A DNA stretch of 27,831 bases from Pseudomonadota bacterium (GTDB lineage Bacteria > Bdellovibrionota_G > JALEGL01 > DATDPG01). The position numbers were made by a program, and so were the translations under genes. The stretch covers positions 1-27,831 of the forward strand of contig JAZDIZ010000104.1 in the NCBI GenBank assembly GCA_043804515.1. The letters are read 5' to 3'. Shown here in pieces: positions 1-9,205 of the stretch (position 1 is the stretch's first letter; each line of letters opens with the position of its first letter). The notes under the pieces are model-generated. The model was not told the origin of the DNA. It saw only the letters and a program-made list of their open reading frames with translations, and made no database searches.

Positions 1-1002
1 ATCGCGGGGGAGATCACATCCAAGGGCAAAGTCGATTTCGACAAGCTGGCCCGCCAAGTGGTTGCGGACATCGGATACACGATTCCCGGCGTGGGGTTTG
101 ACGCCCAGACGTGCAAGATCCAGGTTTCCGTGGGCACGCAATCTCCGGACATCTCGCAGGGCGTGACGGAGGGAAGCGGCCTGTTCAAGGAACAAGGGGC
201 CGGCGACCAAGGGCTCATGTTCGGCTATGCCATAAACGAGAATCCGGAATACATGCCCTCGCCGATCTATTACGCGCACCTTCTCACAAAGCGCCTGGCG
301 GAAGCCCGGCATTCCGGAGAGATCTCCTGGCTTCGTCCGGACGGAAAGAGCCAGGTGACGATGGAGTACCGGGGGAATAAGCCCGTCCGCGTGGACACGG
401 TGGTGGTTTCCACGCAGCACGACGAGGAACCCTCTCACAAGACGATCAAAGAGGGAGTTATCGAATCGGTCGTGAAGAAATCGATTCCCCGGGAACTTCT
501 GGATTCCAAGACCAAATACTACATCAACCCGACGGGACGCTTTGTCGTCGGCGGCCCCGCCGGGGATTGCGGCCTCACCGGCCGGAAGATCATCGTCGAC
601 ACGTACGGCGGGTGGGGAAGGCACGGCGGCGGCGCTTTCTCGGGAAAGGATCCGAGCAAGGTAGACCGGAGCGCCTCCTACATGGCGCGGTACATCGCCA
701 GGACCCTCGTGGCGGCAGGCTTGGCGCAGCGATGCGAAGTGCAGCTGGCGTATGCCATCGGTGTCGCCGATCCGGTGTCCGTCATGGTGGATACGTTCGG
801 AACGGGGAAGATCGGCGATCCCAAGATCAGTGAGCTTGTGCGCGAGTACTTCCCGCTCAAACCGAAAGCGATCATCGAGAAACTCAACCTGAAGCGGCCG
901 ATTTTCCGCAAGACGGCGTCGTACGGTCATTTCGGTCGGTCGAAGGACGGGTTCCCCTGGGAACTCGGCGACATGGTCGAACGCCTCAAATCCGCGGGTT
1001 GA
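1..1002 (+). CDS. metK: S-adenosylmethionine synthetase, 5'-truncated by the window edge
   Basis: Frame is open from base 1 (IAGEITS...). Signature motifs [36 protein letters not shown] and YGHFGR. Stop TGA ends at 1002. Confidence 0.98.
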   Translation: MAGEITSKGKVDFDKLARQVVADIGYTIPGVGFDAQTCKIQVSVGTQSPDISQGVTEGSGLFKEQGAGDQGLMFGYAINENPEYMPSPIYYAHLLTKRLAEARHSGEISWLRPDGKSQVTMEYRGNKPVRVDTVVVSTQHDEEPSHKTIKEGVIESVVKKSIPRELLDSKTKYYINPTGRFVVGGPAGDCGLTGRKIIVDTYGGWGRHGGGAFSGKDPSKVDRSASYMARYIARTLVAAGLAQRCEVQLAYAIGVADPVSVMVDTFGTGKIGDPKISELVREYFPLKPKAIIEKLNLKRPIFRKTASYGHFGRSKDGFPWELGDMVERLKSAG

Positions 1003-1086
1003 TTCAGGGCGTCCGGCATCCCGCATCTAGATTCTAGGAAAGAAAAGCGGGCTGCGCCGTTGCCTACGCTCCGTGGCTCGGATCGC

Positions 1087-1256
1087 AAAAAGGGACGCCG
1101 GTGTGTGGAGAGCTCCGCTCTCCATCTCTTAGGGAAGGCGATTCGCCACCCCAAGGGTGCCGGCTCATCGCCAGCATTTGAGTTGCCTGGCGGCAACGAG
1201 AGATCCGTCGGCTCCGCCGGCAATCTAAGGCTCCGCCGCCGGAGCCCCCGGCGTCC
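1087..1256 (-). other. Highly structured intergenic element (candidate ncRNA or REP/MITE-like element)
   Basis: A 9-bp closing stem (1093-1101/1248-1256) encloses four hairpin arms. On the minus strand it ends in CCC-TTTTT and G-U pairs replace the plus-strand A-C mismatches. I do not recognise a family. Confidence 0.45.
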
Positions 1257-1500
1257 ATGAAGCAGCAAAAGAAACCGGCAATGCCCCAACCCGCCCACAC
1301 AACACGGCATCTGTAAGTCCACCCACCATGGATACGACCGCCCGCTGGACGTGGCGCGCCCGAAAATCGACCGAGGTTCCTTGTCCACTATAGAGGCAGA
1401 AACGGCAGCTTTTGGGCTCCGCTGCACGCTTTGTGATCCCCTCCGAGGCGCAAATCGTCGAATCATGTCGGGAACTTGTGAAGGAAAAACAGAGCATTAG

Positions 1501-1529
1501 TTGACGCGCGCAGACGCCGGTGCTAACCT
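1501..1529 (+). promoter_or_regulatory. Sigma70-type promoter for rpsU-dnaG-rpoD
   Basis: TTGACG-N17-TAACCT with an extended -10 TGn, about 70 nt upstream of rpsU. Confidence 0.65.
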
Positions 1530-1600
1530 GCGGAACTTTTTCGGGGCCTGGTGTCCCGTAAGTATTTAAAATCTTTAAGGTTTTGGAGAGTGGTGAGAGC

Positions 1601-1789
1601 GTGACCGGAGTCCGGATTCGAGAAGGTGAGTCATTCGAAAGTGCTCTCCGCAGGTTCAAGAAGATGTGTGAGAAAGCGGGCATTCTTTCTGAGCTGCGGA
1701 AAAGAGAGCACTACGAGAAGCCGAGCGTTCGGAAAAAACGCAAGGCAATGATGGCGAAGAAACGCGCGCAGAAGAAATATCCGCGTTGA
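1601..1789 (+). CDS. rpsU: 30S ribosomal protein S21
   Basis: [43 protein letters not shown] start at 1601 gives the typical ~62 aa. Lies upstream of dnaG. Confidence 0.97.
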   Translation: MTGVRIREGESFESALRRFKKMCEKAGILSELRKREHYEKPSVRKKRKAMMAKKRAQKKYPR

Positions 1790-1834
1790 CGGCAAACCGT
1801 CCGCTTGCGCCGCTCAGCCACGTGTGGGTGAGCT

Positions 1835-3607
1835 TTGGCAGTGCCTCCTGAAGTGATCGACGAGATCCGAAACCGCCTCGATCTGGTTCGGGTGGTCGGA
1901 GAGGTGGTCCCCCTCAAGAAATCGGGACGCAACTATCTGGGGCTTTGCCCCTTTCATTCGGAGAAAACCCCTTCGTTTACGGTCAGCGAACAGAAACAGC
2001 TCGACCATTGTTTCGGGTGCGGTGAAGGCGGAACTCTCTTCACGTTCATGATGAGATTCCACCATCTTTCCTTCCCGGAGACCCTTGAGCGGTGTGCTGC
2101 AAGGGCGGGAGTCGATCTTTCCCGGTACCGGCAGGAGAGCGACGCCATCACAAAGCGCAAGGAACTCCAGCGGAAGATGCACAAGGTCCTGGCATATGCC
2201 GGCGATTTTTATCATCACATCTTTCTTAGAGGCTCCGAGGGAGCAGGCGCGCGCCGATATGCCACCGGCCGGGGCATTTCCACGGACGCGGCACAGGCCC
2301 TCAAGCTCGGTTTCGCTCCTTCGCAATGGCAGACGCTGACTCAATCTTTGATCAAGGACGGCTATTCACTGGAAGACGCCCATCAGGCGGGGCTGATTTC
2401 CAAGAGCCAGAAGGACGACGGCTATTTCGATCTGTTCCGGGACCGGCTCTTGTTCCCGATCACGGACCCGAAAGGGAACCCCGTGGGTTTCGGCGGGCGC
2501 ATCCTTGGGGACGGAACGCCGAAGTATCTGAACTCCCCCCAGAGCCCGGTGTTCGACAAGGGACGCCTGCTCTACGGCTTGTTCGAAGCCGAAGGGGCGA
2601 TCCGGGAACGGAAACGGGCCATCCTGGTGGAAGGGTACATGGACCAGGCGGCGCTCCGGTTTGCGGAGTTTCCCAACACGGTCGCCACGTTGGGCACGGC
2701 GCTGACGGACGATCATGCGAGATTGCTTACCAAATACACCGAGAACGTGGTCGTGCTGTTCGACGGCGACGAGGCGGGGCTGAAGGCGGCCCGCCGCTCC
2801 ATGAAAGCGCTGTTGTCCCACGGCCTGCGGGCCAAAGTGACGATTCTCCCCAAAGGGGAGGATCCCGACACATTCGTCCGGAAATCGGGAAGAAAGGAAT
2901 TTGAAACGCTGATGGAAGCCTCGCAACCGATGCTGGATTTTTTCATCGATCGGTTCTTCCGGGGAGAGGGCGATGTGACCGAGAAGGCGCGGGCCGTCGA
3001 GGAACTGGCGGAACTCATCCGCGGGACGGAAAACGCATATCTCCGCGAGGCGATTTTGGACGAGGTCGCGCGGAAAACGGAGCTGGACAAGGGAGTGCTC
3101 CGCGGCGAACCGGGTGCCAAGAACGCTTTCCGACCGGGCCTGGCGCAAAGCGCGGCGAATCCTCCGAAGCCTTTGGCGGAGTCCCCGGAGTTCTGGACGC
3201 TGCTGCGGATCGCCGCCGAGGTTCCCGAAGCCCGCGCCGAAATCCTCGCGCCGGACATACTGGGCCTCCTGGGCAACGAATCACTAGTGGACAGGGCGAG
3301 GCGTTGGCTCGAGGAAGTCGGGGAAACGGCGGAGGATTCGGAATCCGCGCCGAAATGGGTGGATCGTTGGGAAGATGAAGCCACAAAAAGGTTTTTGGTG
3401 GAGGTTTTTATGAAACCAGGGTTCGCCCCGAACACCTGGAAGAAGGTTTTGAGCGACTGCACGTACAAACTCCGCCAGGGGGAAATTCGGCGTCTCCTGG
3501 ACGCCTCCGCCGAAGCGCGGCAGCGGGGAGCGGACGAAGAGGCCTCTCGCCTTGGGAATCAGATGTTTGAACTGAAGAAGAAGCTGGACCAACGGAGTCC
3601 TGGCTAA
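1835..3607 (+). CDS. dnaG: DNA primase
   Basis: CHC2 zinc finger (CPFH...CFGC), [20 protein letters not shown] and TOPRIM motifs (VEGYMD, FDGDEAG, EDPD). TTG start. Confidence 0.98.
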   Translation: MAVPPEVIDEIRNRLDLVRVVGEVVPLKKSGRNYLGLCPFHSEKTPSFTVSEQKQLDHCFGCGEGGTLFTFMMRFHHLSFPETLERCAARAGVDLSRYRQESDAITKRKELQRKMHKVLAYAGDFYHHIFLRGSEGAGARRYATGRGISTDAAQALKLGFAPSQWQTLTQSLIKDGYSLEDAHQAGLISKSQKDDGYFDLFRDRLLFPITDPKGNPVGFGGRILGDGTPKYLNSPQSPVFDKGRLLYGLFEAEGAIRERKRAILVEGYMDQAALRFAEFPNTVATLGTALTDDHARLLTKYTENVVVLFDGDEAGLKAARRSMKALLSHGLRAKVTILPKGEDPDTFVRKSGRKEFETLMEASQPMLDFFIDRFFRGEGDVTEKARAVEELAELIRGTENAYLREAILDEVARKTELDKGVLRGEPGAKNAFRPGLAQSAANPPKPLAESPEFWTLLRIAAEVPEARAEILAPDILGLLGNESLVDRARRWLEEVGETAEDSESAPKWVDRWEDEATKRFLVEVFMKPGFAPNTWKKVLSDCTYKLRQGEIRRLLDASAEARQRGADEEASRLGNQMFELKKKLDQRSPG

Positions 3608-3618
3608 AGGAGGCGTGC

Positions 3619-5373
3619 GTGAAAGATGAGAAAAAAGGCGTCGAGAACGTAAAACACCTGATCGATATGGGGAAGGAGAAGGGGTACCTCACGTACGAAG
3701 AGGTGAACGAGGTTCTGCCGAGCGATATCGTCGCCAGCGATCAACTCGACGACATCATGATCATGTTCGGCGAGATGGACATCGCCATCGTCGACACCGA
3801 AAAGGAAGGACAGGCGCTTCGCGACCGGATCAAGGCCGAGAGCCCGGACGACGAGGAAGGGGAGGCCAAGGAAACCACGATCACCCGCTCCAACGACCCG
3901 GTCCGCATGTACCTCAAGAAGATGGGGTCCGTTTCCCTTCTTACGCGCGAAGGGGAGGTGGAGATCGCGAAGCGGATCGAGGAGGGGGAGAACGAGGTCC
4001 TGGAAATCCTCATGCGCTCTCCCATCGGCGTCAAAGAAATCCTGACGATCGGGGACAAGCTGAAGAGGGGCACGATCCGCGTTCGGGATCTCATCCGCGG
4101 GATCGATGAGGACGACGAGAGCTTCGACGAAAAGGGAACGACGGAAACCGTTCTTCGGCTCGTCGAAAAGATCCGGAGGTTGGATAGGGAGAACAAGGCG
4201 CTTCTTTCGAACCGGCGCCGGATGGCGAAATCGAACCTCAAGAAACGCCAGATCAACGAGAAACTCGAACGAAACCAACTGAAGATGTTCGAGACGCTCA
4301 AAGAGATCAACCTCAACCGGAAGTGGATCAATCGGATCGTGTCGCGTCTCAAGAGCATGATCCACAGGATCGAGCAGGCGGAGCGGAGCTACCGGGAAGC
4401 CGAGGACAAGACGCGCAAGCCGATGAGGGAGCTTCGGAAATTCTTCCGCGACTCCAAGAAGGGCAGGGTGGAATCGAAGCGGGTCGCCAAGCAGCTCAAG
4501 ACGGTGACGCTGGAAGAGCTGGTGGAAATCGAGAAGATCGTGAAATCCGCGGAGAAGCGGATCGTGAAGATCGAAGATGAAGCGGCCATGTCGGCCTCCC
4601 ATCTCAAGGAGACCTATAGGCGCTTGAGCCACGGCGAACGGATGGCCGACAAGGCTAAGACGGAGTTGATTGAGGCCAACCTGCGCTTGGTCGTCTCGAT
4701 CGCCAAGAAGTACACGAATCGCGGCCTTCAGTTCCTGGACCTGATCCAGGAGGGGAATATCGGGCTCATGAAGGCGGTGGATAAGTTCGAGTATCGCCGG
4801 GGATATAAGTTCTCCACATACGCCACGTGGTGGATCCGCCAGGCCATTACGCGGGCGATCGCGGATCAAGCCCGCACGATCCGGATCCCGGTTCATATGA
4901 TCGAGACGATCAACAAGCTGGTGCGCACGTCGAGATATCTCGTGCAGGAACTCGGGCGGGAGCCCTCACCGGAGGAGATCGCGGAGAAAATGGAACTGCC
5001 TCTGGATAAGGTGCGAAAAGTGCTCAAGATCGCCAAAGAGCCGATATCGTTGGAAACACCGATCGGGGAAGAGGAGGATTCCCACCTGGGGGACTTCATC
5101 GAGGACAAGAACGCCGTCAACCCCTCGGAGGCGGTGGTCGGCATGAATCTCTCGGAGCAGACTCGGCGCGTCCTGGCGACCCTGACGCCGAGGGAGGAAA
5201 AGGTTTTGCGGATGCGTTTTGGAATCGGCGAGAAGTCGGACCATACGCTTGAGGAAGTGGGGCAGGATTTCCAGGTCACTCGCGAGAGGATCCGGCAAAT
5301 CGAGGCGAAGGCGCTTCGGAAATTGCGCCACCCGAGCCGAGCAAGGAGGCTGAAGAGCTTCATAGAGAGTTAA
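3619..5373 (+). CDS. rpoD: RNA polymerase primary sigma factor
   Basis: Region 1.1 ([13 protein letters not shown]), 1.2 (NDPVRMYL), region 2 ([12 protein letters not shown]...[16 protein letters not shown]), region 4 (TLEEVG...TRERIRQIE). SD AAGGAGG precedes the GTG. Confidence 0.99.
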   Translation: MKDEKKGVENVKHLIDMGKEKGYLTYEEVNEVLPSDIVASDQLDDIMIMFGEMDIAIVDTEKEGQALRDRIKAESPDDEEGEAKETTITRSNDPVRMYLKKMGSVSLLTREGEVEIAKRIEEGENEVLEILMRSPIGVKEILTIGDKLKRGTIRVRDLIRGIDEDDESFDEKGTTETVLRLVEKIRRLDRENKALLSNRRRMAKSNLKKRQINEKLERNQLKMFETLKEINLNRKWINRIVSRLKSMIHRIEQAERSYREAEDKTRKPMRELRKFFRDSKKGRVESKRVAKQLKTVTLEELVEIEKIVKSAEKRIVKIEDEAAMSASHLKETYRRLSHGERMADKAKTELIEANLRLVVSIAKKYTNRGLQFLDLIQEGNIGLMKAVDKFEYRRGYKFSTYATWWIRQAITRAIADQARTIRIPVHMIETINKLVRTSRYLVQELGREPSPEEIAEKMELPLDKVRKVLKIAKEPISLETPIGEEEDSHLGDFIEDKNAVNPSEAVVGMNLSEQTRRVLATLTPREEKVLRMRFGIGEKSDHTLEEVGQDFQVTRERIRQIEAKALRKLRHPSRARRLKSFIES

Positions 5374-5418
5374 GATTTATGTTTTGTAGCGGGCATTGTG
5401 TTGAAAATGGTGATTAGG

Positions 5419-5494
5419 GGGCCCTTAGCTCAGCGGTAAGAGCCACCGGCTCATAACCGGCAGGTCCCAGGTTCGAATCCTGGAGGGCCCACCA
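5419..5494 (+). tRNA. tRNA-Ile2 (CAU anticodon, lysidine type; often auto-annotated as Met)
   Basis: Cloverleaf with acceptor GGGCCCT/AGGGCCC, anticodon loop CTCATAA, T-loop TTCGAAT and encoded CCA. The 5' end resembles E. coli ileX, and the position after rpoD is typical. Confidence 0.93.
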
Positions 5495-5510
5495 AAAAGG
5501 ATGGGAGAAA

Positions 5511-6227
5511 ATGAACTCGATTGAAAAACTTCTTCATGTGCAACAATTGGACCGGGAGCTTGACGACATTCAAGCGCAGGCGCAGATATTTCCCGATCGC
5601 CTTACCCAGGTGCGGCAGGCGGAGGACCAGGCCCGCAGAACTCTGGGGGCAACCCGCGTTCAATTGGAGACCTTGGAGAAGGCGCACAAAGATGCGAGTG
5701 AGACGCTGGACCTGGAAACACAGCGCCTGAAGAAGAGCCAAGTTCGAATCAAACAGCTCAAGACGGCTTATGAATTCCAGGCTCTCAACCGCGAAATCGA
5801 GAACACGAAACGGTCGAACACTGAACTGGAGGAGCTGATCCTCCAGAGGATGGAGGAACTCGAGACCCTCCGTAAAATGTTGGCGGATCAGGAAGCCGCC
5901 TGGAACCACGTGAAAGAGGAGCTGGTGGAAGTCGAATGCGAGACGAAAGCCAGGCTCGCGGAATTCGAGAGCGTACTCTCGGCGAAACGTGAGGAGCTCA
6001 CTAAAGCGCGAAAGGACGTCGAGAAGGCGATCCTCTCCCGCTATATGTTCATCCGGGATCGGAAATACAGCGACGCCGTTGTCGCGATCCGGGACGGATC
6101 CTGCAGCGGTTGCTACATGCAGCTTCCTCACCAGATGCTGAACGAGATCCGGAGATCCCTCGAGATCGCCAGTTGTCCCGCGTGCAGCCGGCTGATCTTC
6201 TACGTGGAGCCGGCTCCTACGGCGTAG
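5511..6227 (+). CDS. Coiled-coil protein with C-terminal C4-type zinc ribbon (zf-RING_7/DUF164-like)
   Basis: Long coiled coil followed by CSGC...CPACSRLI. Usual neighbour of rnhA and rnpB. Confidence 0.9.
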   Translation: MNSIEKLLHVQQLDRELDDIQAQAQIFPDRLTQVRQAEDQARRTLGATRVQLETLEKAHKDASETLDLETQRLKKSQVRIKQLKTAYEFQALNREIENTKRSNTELEELILQRMEELETLRKMLADQEAAWNHVKEELVEVECETKARLAEFESVLSAKREELTKARKDVEKAILSRYMFIRDRKYSDAVVAIRDGSCSGCYMQLPHQMLNEIRRSLEIASCPACSRLIFYVEPAPTA

Positions 6228-6235
6228 AGTTCCTC

Positions 6236-6631
6236 ATGCGTTTGATCCTGTACGTGGACGGAGCCTCCCGCGGGAACCCTGGAGAGGCGGCCATCGGAGC
6301 CTCGCTTCAGAGACCCAGCGGAAAAGAGGTGGATTGTGTCTCGGAGGCCATCGGCATAACAACCAACAACGAGGCCGAGTACCGGGCGCTTGTGGCCGGC
6401 CTTGAAAGAGCGCTAAAGCGGAAGTGCACAGAGATCCAGGTGAGGGCCGACTCGGAGCTGATCGTCCGCCAGATGCTGGGGGAATACAAAGTGAAGCACG
6501 AGAACCTGAAACGGTTCTGGCGGGAAGCGCAGGCTCTCAAAGACCGGTTCAAGCGCTTCGAAATCAAGCACGTGCCGCGCGAAGAGAACCGCCGCGCCGA
6601 CGAACTTGCCAATATGGCTCTTGATCAGTAG
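6236..6631 (+). CDS. rnhA: Ribonuclease HI (short type)
   Basis: YVDGASRGNPG, TNNEAEY, ADSEL and HVPREENRRADELAN catalytic motifs. ATG at 6236. Confidence 0.93.
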   Translation: MRLILYVDGASRGNPGEAAIGASLQRPSGKEVDCVSEAIGITTNNEAEYRALVAGLERALKRKCTEIQVRADSELIVRQMLGEYKVKHENLKRFWREAQALKDRFKRFEIKHVPREENRRADELANMALDQ

Positions 6632-6699
6632 ATAGCTCGCACGCGCCGGGCTAATCCTCCTATATGAAACAAGACTGCCACTGCGGGTCCTGCTGGGCC

Positions 6700-6740
6700 G
6701 TGCACCCCCATGGCTGCACGTTTTCGCCATGGGGACCCCC
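6700..6740 (+). repeat. 41-bp hairpin-containing repeat, copy A (inverted relative to 7992-8032)
   Basis: GTGCACCCCCATGGCTGCACGTTTTCGCCATGGGGACCCCC matches the reverse complement of 7992-8032 at 36/41 positions. Confidence 0.85.
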
Positions 6741-7036
6741 AGCCCAGCTCCCGCGCGAAAGCCTCATCTCAAAAAAAGCTGAAGCCGTAACACGGAAACA
6801 AATCCACCTTGATCACCGCTCGCTTCTCGGCTCCTTCGCCGTCGCTCTAGTGACAATTGAGGAAACGTGCCCAGCGCCCACGTAACGGGTCGAATCAGAA
6901 TTGGGGAGAATTGGGGACATGTACCGGTGTCCCGAAGGAGACCGGATTCGTGTGGGCCGGTCGCCGGCTTGACAGGGACATTTCACGAGATCGAACCTGA
7001 AACCGTTTTCGTGGATTCGTTCGTCCTGCGGGTGGG

Positions 7037-7065
7037 TTGACGCGCGGGGTGGACACGCATAGGTT
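7037..7065 (+). promoter_or_regulatory. Sigma70-type promoter for the redoxin gene
   Basis: TTGACG-N17-TAGGTT, 35 nt upstream of the ATG at 7101. Confidence 0.5.
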
Positions 7066-7100
7066 TCCACCGAATCGCTAAGGAAAGGCAAGGTCTGGCT

Positions 7101-7679
7101 ATGGCTGAAACTCCTTCGACGATGCTCGACTTAGGCACCCAAATCCCCGACTTTTCCCTTCCAAACGTAATGGATGACAAGTCGTTCTCGCCCAAGGACT
7201 GCAAGGGGAGCCGTGCGTTGCTGGTGATGTTCATCTGCAACCACTGCCCCTTCGTTAAGCACGTCCTGGCGGAATTCAAGAGGCTGCAGGATGACTACGC
7301 CTCCCGCGACGTCCGGATCATCGCGATCAATTCAAACGATATCCAGTCCTATCCGGAGGACGGCCCGTCGCATATGCGGGAACTCGCCCGCAGGGAAGGG
7401 TGGGCCTTCCCGTTCCTTCTGGACGAAACACAGACAGTGGCCAAAGCTTTTCAGGCGGCTTGCACGCCTGATTTCTTTCTGTTCGACGGCAAAAAGGAGC
7501 TGGTCTATCGGGGGCAGCTCGATGACGCGCGGCCCGGAAATTCAAAACCGGTTGACGGAAAGGATCTGCATGCGGCGCTGGATGCGGTTCTGAACGCGAG
7601 GCCGGTGTCCCGGAGCCAGAAACCCAGTATCGGATGCAACATCAAGTGGAAGCCCGGCAACGAGCCGCACTACGCGTAG
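7101..7679 (+). CDS. Thioredoxin-fold redoxin (AhpC/TSA-like thioredoxin family protein)
   Basis: PDFSLP, FICNHCPFV (CxxC), AACTPDFFLFD, YRGQLDD and SIGCNIKW. Confidence 0.92.
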   Translation: MAETPSTMLDLGTQIPDFSLPNVMDDKSFSPKDCKGSRALLVMFICNHCPFVKHVLAEFKRLQDDYASRDVRIIAINSNDIQSYPEDGPSHMRELARREGWAFPFLLDETQTVAKAFQAACTPDFFLFDGKKELVYRGQLDDARPGNSKPVDGKDLHAALDAVLNARPVSRSQKPSIGCNIKWKPGNEPHYA

Positions 7680-7991
7680 AATCAGCATGCGTCGCGTAGA
7701 CGGAAATTGGGAACGAAGGCCGTTCAACCGCCGCAAGCGCCAACCATCATTGAACTATAAAATATCGTTCAATATTAAATAGATATTATTAAATATCTAA
7801 AGTTATTTCTAGATAAATTCGCGCGTATCTTTTTGGAAAAGCAAGACCCTCTTTAGTCACAATCACCGGGGGATTGTCGGCCACCTGGCGAGAGAGGGCA
7901 GCTGAAGCTTGGCAGGAAGCTGGGGAACACCTCACCCTGTGAACGCCGATTTGTAAAGGCGCTCTGGCCAAGAGCTACCGGCCGGCGGCTT

Positions 7992-8032
7992 GGGGGTCCC
8001 CGCGGCGAAGACTTGCAGCCGTGGGGGTGCAC
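7992..8032 (-). repeat. 41-bp hairpin-containing repeat, copy B
   Basis: Reverse complement GTGCACCCCCACGGCTGCAAGTCTTCGCCGCGGGGACCCCC is 36/41 identical to 6700-6740. Confidence 0.85.
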
Positions 8033-8188
8033 AAGCCGATGGCCTGCACACATGTATCCCGAGCTTGGCACCAAAATAGATCAGCTCCCGACCTCGACAG
8101 AGCGCCTTCCATCGCTCTCTTCGAGCGCGCGCATCAAGTCCACCGGCAGTGCCTGGAAGCCAGGGTTCGGTTGTGCTACAAGATGGGC

Positions 8189-8575
8189 GGCGAATAGGCC
8201 GGGCGATCGCCGCGGGGCTTCGGCCCCGGGGAGGAAAGTCCGGACTCCATAGGGCGCGGTGCTGGGTAATCCCCAGGGCGGGTGACCGCCGGAAAGTGCA
8301 ACAGAGAGAAGACCGCCGATGGCCGTCTTGAATTTCTCCGGAGATTCAAGAGGGATCAGGCAAGGGTGAAACGGGGAGGTAAGAGCTCCCCCACGAGAGC
8401 CGTGCGAGCGGCCGTGCGGTAAACCCCACCGGGAGCAAGATCAAATAGGGAGACGCTTGAGGACGGCCCGTCCGAGGTTTCCGGGTAGATCGCTGGAGCC
8501 GTCCGGTAACGGCCGGCTTAGAGGAATGATCGCCCCCCGTGAGGGGACAAAATCCGGCTTACAGGCCTATTCGCC
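8189..8575 (+). ncRNA. rnpB: RNase P RNA, bacterial type A
   Basis: P1 GGCGAATAGGCC/GGCCTATTCGCC, plus GAGGAAAGTCCGGACTC, GAAAGTGCAACAGA, GGGTGAAACGG, GGTAAACCCC, GAGCAAG and ACAAAATCCGGCTTA. Confidence 0.97.
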
Positions 8576-8620
8576 AAACTCAAAGCCGATTCGGGGGAAA
8601 CTTAGGGAACAGAACAGACA

Positions 8621-8703
8621 CCGGAAACCGGGGACCGGAATCCGGAAATCCGGTACCGGATCAGAAAAGGATTAAGGATTGAGGCTTAAGGATTAATCCT
8701 TAA
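8621..8703. repeat. Short tandem ~7-nt repeats (CCGGAAN x6, then AAGGATT-like x4) ending in an 18-bp palindrome
   Basis: CCGGAAA CCGGGGA CCGGAAT CCGGAAAT CCGGTA CCGGAT, then AAGGATT AAGGATT GAGGCTT AAGGATT AATCCTT. Palindrome TTAAGGATTAATCCTTAA at 8686-8703. Confidence 0.8.
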
Positions 8704-8706
8704 ACG

Positions 8707-9153
8707 TTATTCCGGAGGAGGAAGCGCCGCAGGTCCCTCGAATTCCGGTGACGAGGCGGGGGAATTCGCCTCCTCGGCCGGAGGTTGTGTGCTGACGTTT
8801 CTCGTTCCTGCTTTCTCGTTCTTTTCTTGATCCTTCAGTTCTTTCTTCGCCTTTTTTACCGGGTCCTCCGCCACGCAGGACGAGCCCGCCCAGAAATAGC
8901 CGCACATTCCGCACTGCTTTTTCGAAGGCGTCGTGGCGCAGAGATTATTCGGGTCGGCAAAGCCGTTGCAGATCCGAAAACCGCTGTCCGTGGTGCCCGC
9001 CCGGCACGAGCGGGTGGAGCGGGCCGTGGCCATCGTCGTGACATCGGAACCGCTGATCTTTGAAAGGATACAGCACACGTCTTGCGAACGAACCGCCGCC
9101 GGAAAAACCACGTACAAAGAAAAGATGCAAAGACTGAAGGAGGAAAGTCGCAT
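8707..9153 (-). CDS. Hypothetical secreted cysteine-rich protein (148 aa)
   Basis: Signal-peptide-like N-terminus (MRLSSFSLCIFSLYVVFPAAVRS), 8 Cys in the mature domain, then a charged helix and a Pro/Glu-rich tail. ATG at 9153 avoids the efp overlap of the 206-aa ORF call. Confidence 0.7.
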   Translation of the reverse strand: MRLSSFSLCIFSLYVVFPAAVRSQDVCCILSKISGSDVTTMATARSTRSCRAGTTDSGFRICNGFADPNNLCATTPSKKQCGMCGYFWAGSSCVAEDPVKKAKKELKDQEKNEKAGTRNVSTQPPAEEANSPASSPEFEGPAALPPPE

Positions 9154-9205
9154 AGCCGGTGATGCTAACAGCCGTCCCGCCCGAAACGCAATATGTCGGT
9201 GAATG

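Noticed and set aside
1003..1500. SAM/SAH riboswitch linked to metK or ahcY
   Set aside because: The structured element is downstream of metK and lacks the consensus motifs. ahcY has only 20 bp upstream.
927..1683. ORFs in the metK-rpsU spacer (179, 152, 78 and 66 aa)
   Set aside because: Arg/Pro/Ser-rich with no SD or recognisable motif. The two long ones overlap metK or rpsU, and the region is better explained by secondary structure and a promoter.
3604..4896. 430-aa antisense ORF over rpoD, and similar long shadow ORFs over dnaG, feoB, the PilZ gene and polA
   Set aside because: They lie wholly over well-supported genes and have no motifs. This is an expected artefact of GC-rich codon bias.
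5419..5494. tRNA as an integration site for an island
   Set aside because: I found no duplicated tRNA 3' end and no integrase in the window, and a core gene follows directly.
7750..7820. oriC unwinding element or dif site
   Set aside because: No TTATCCACA-type DnaA box cluster, no dnaA neighbourhood and no XerC/XerD consensus.
6664..8074. Two small ORFs sharing VHPHGC..SP.GPP (6664-6885 + and 7853-8074 -)
   Set aside because: The similarity is only the translation of the 41-bp inverted repeat, and the substitutions preserve the hairpin rather than the peptide.
8621..8703. CRISPR array
   Set aside because: Units are about 7 nt with no spacers, and no cas genes are present.
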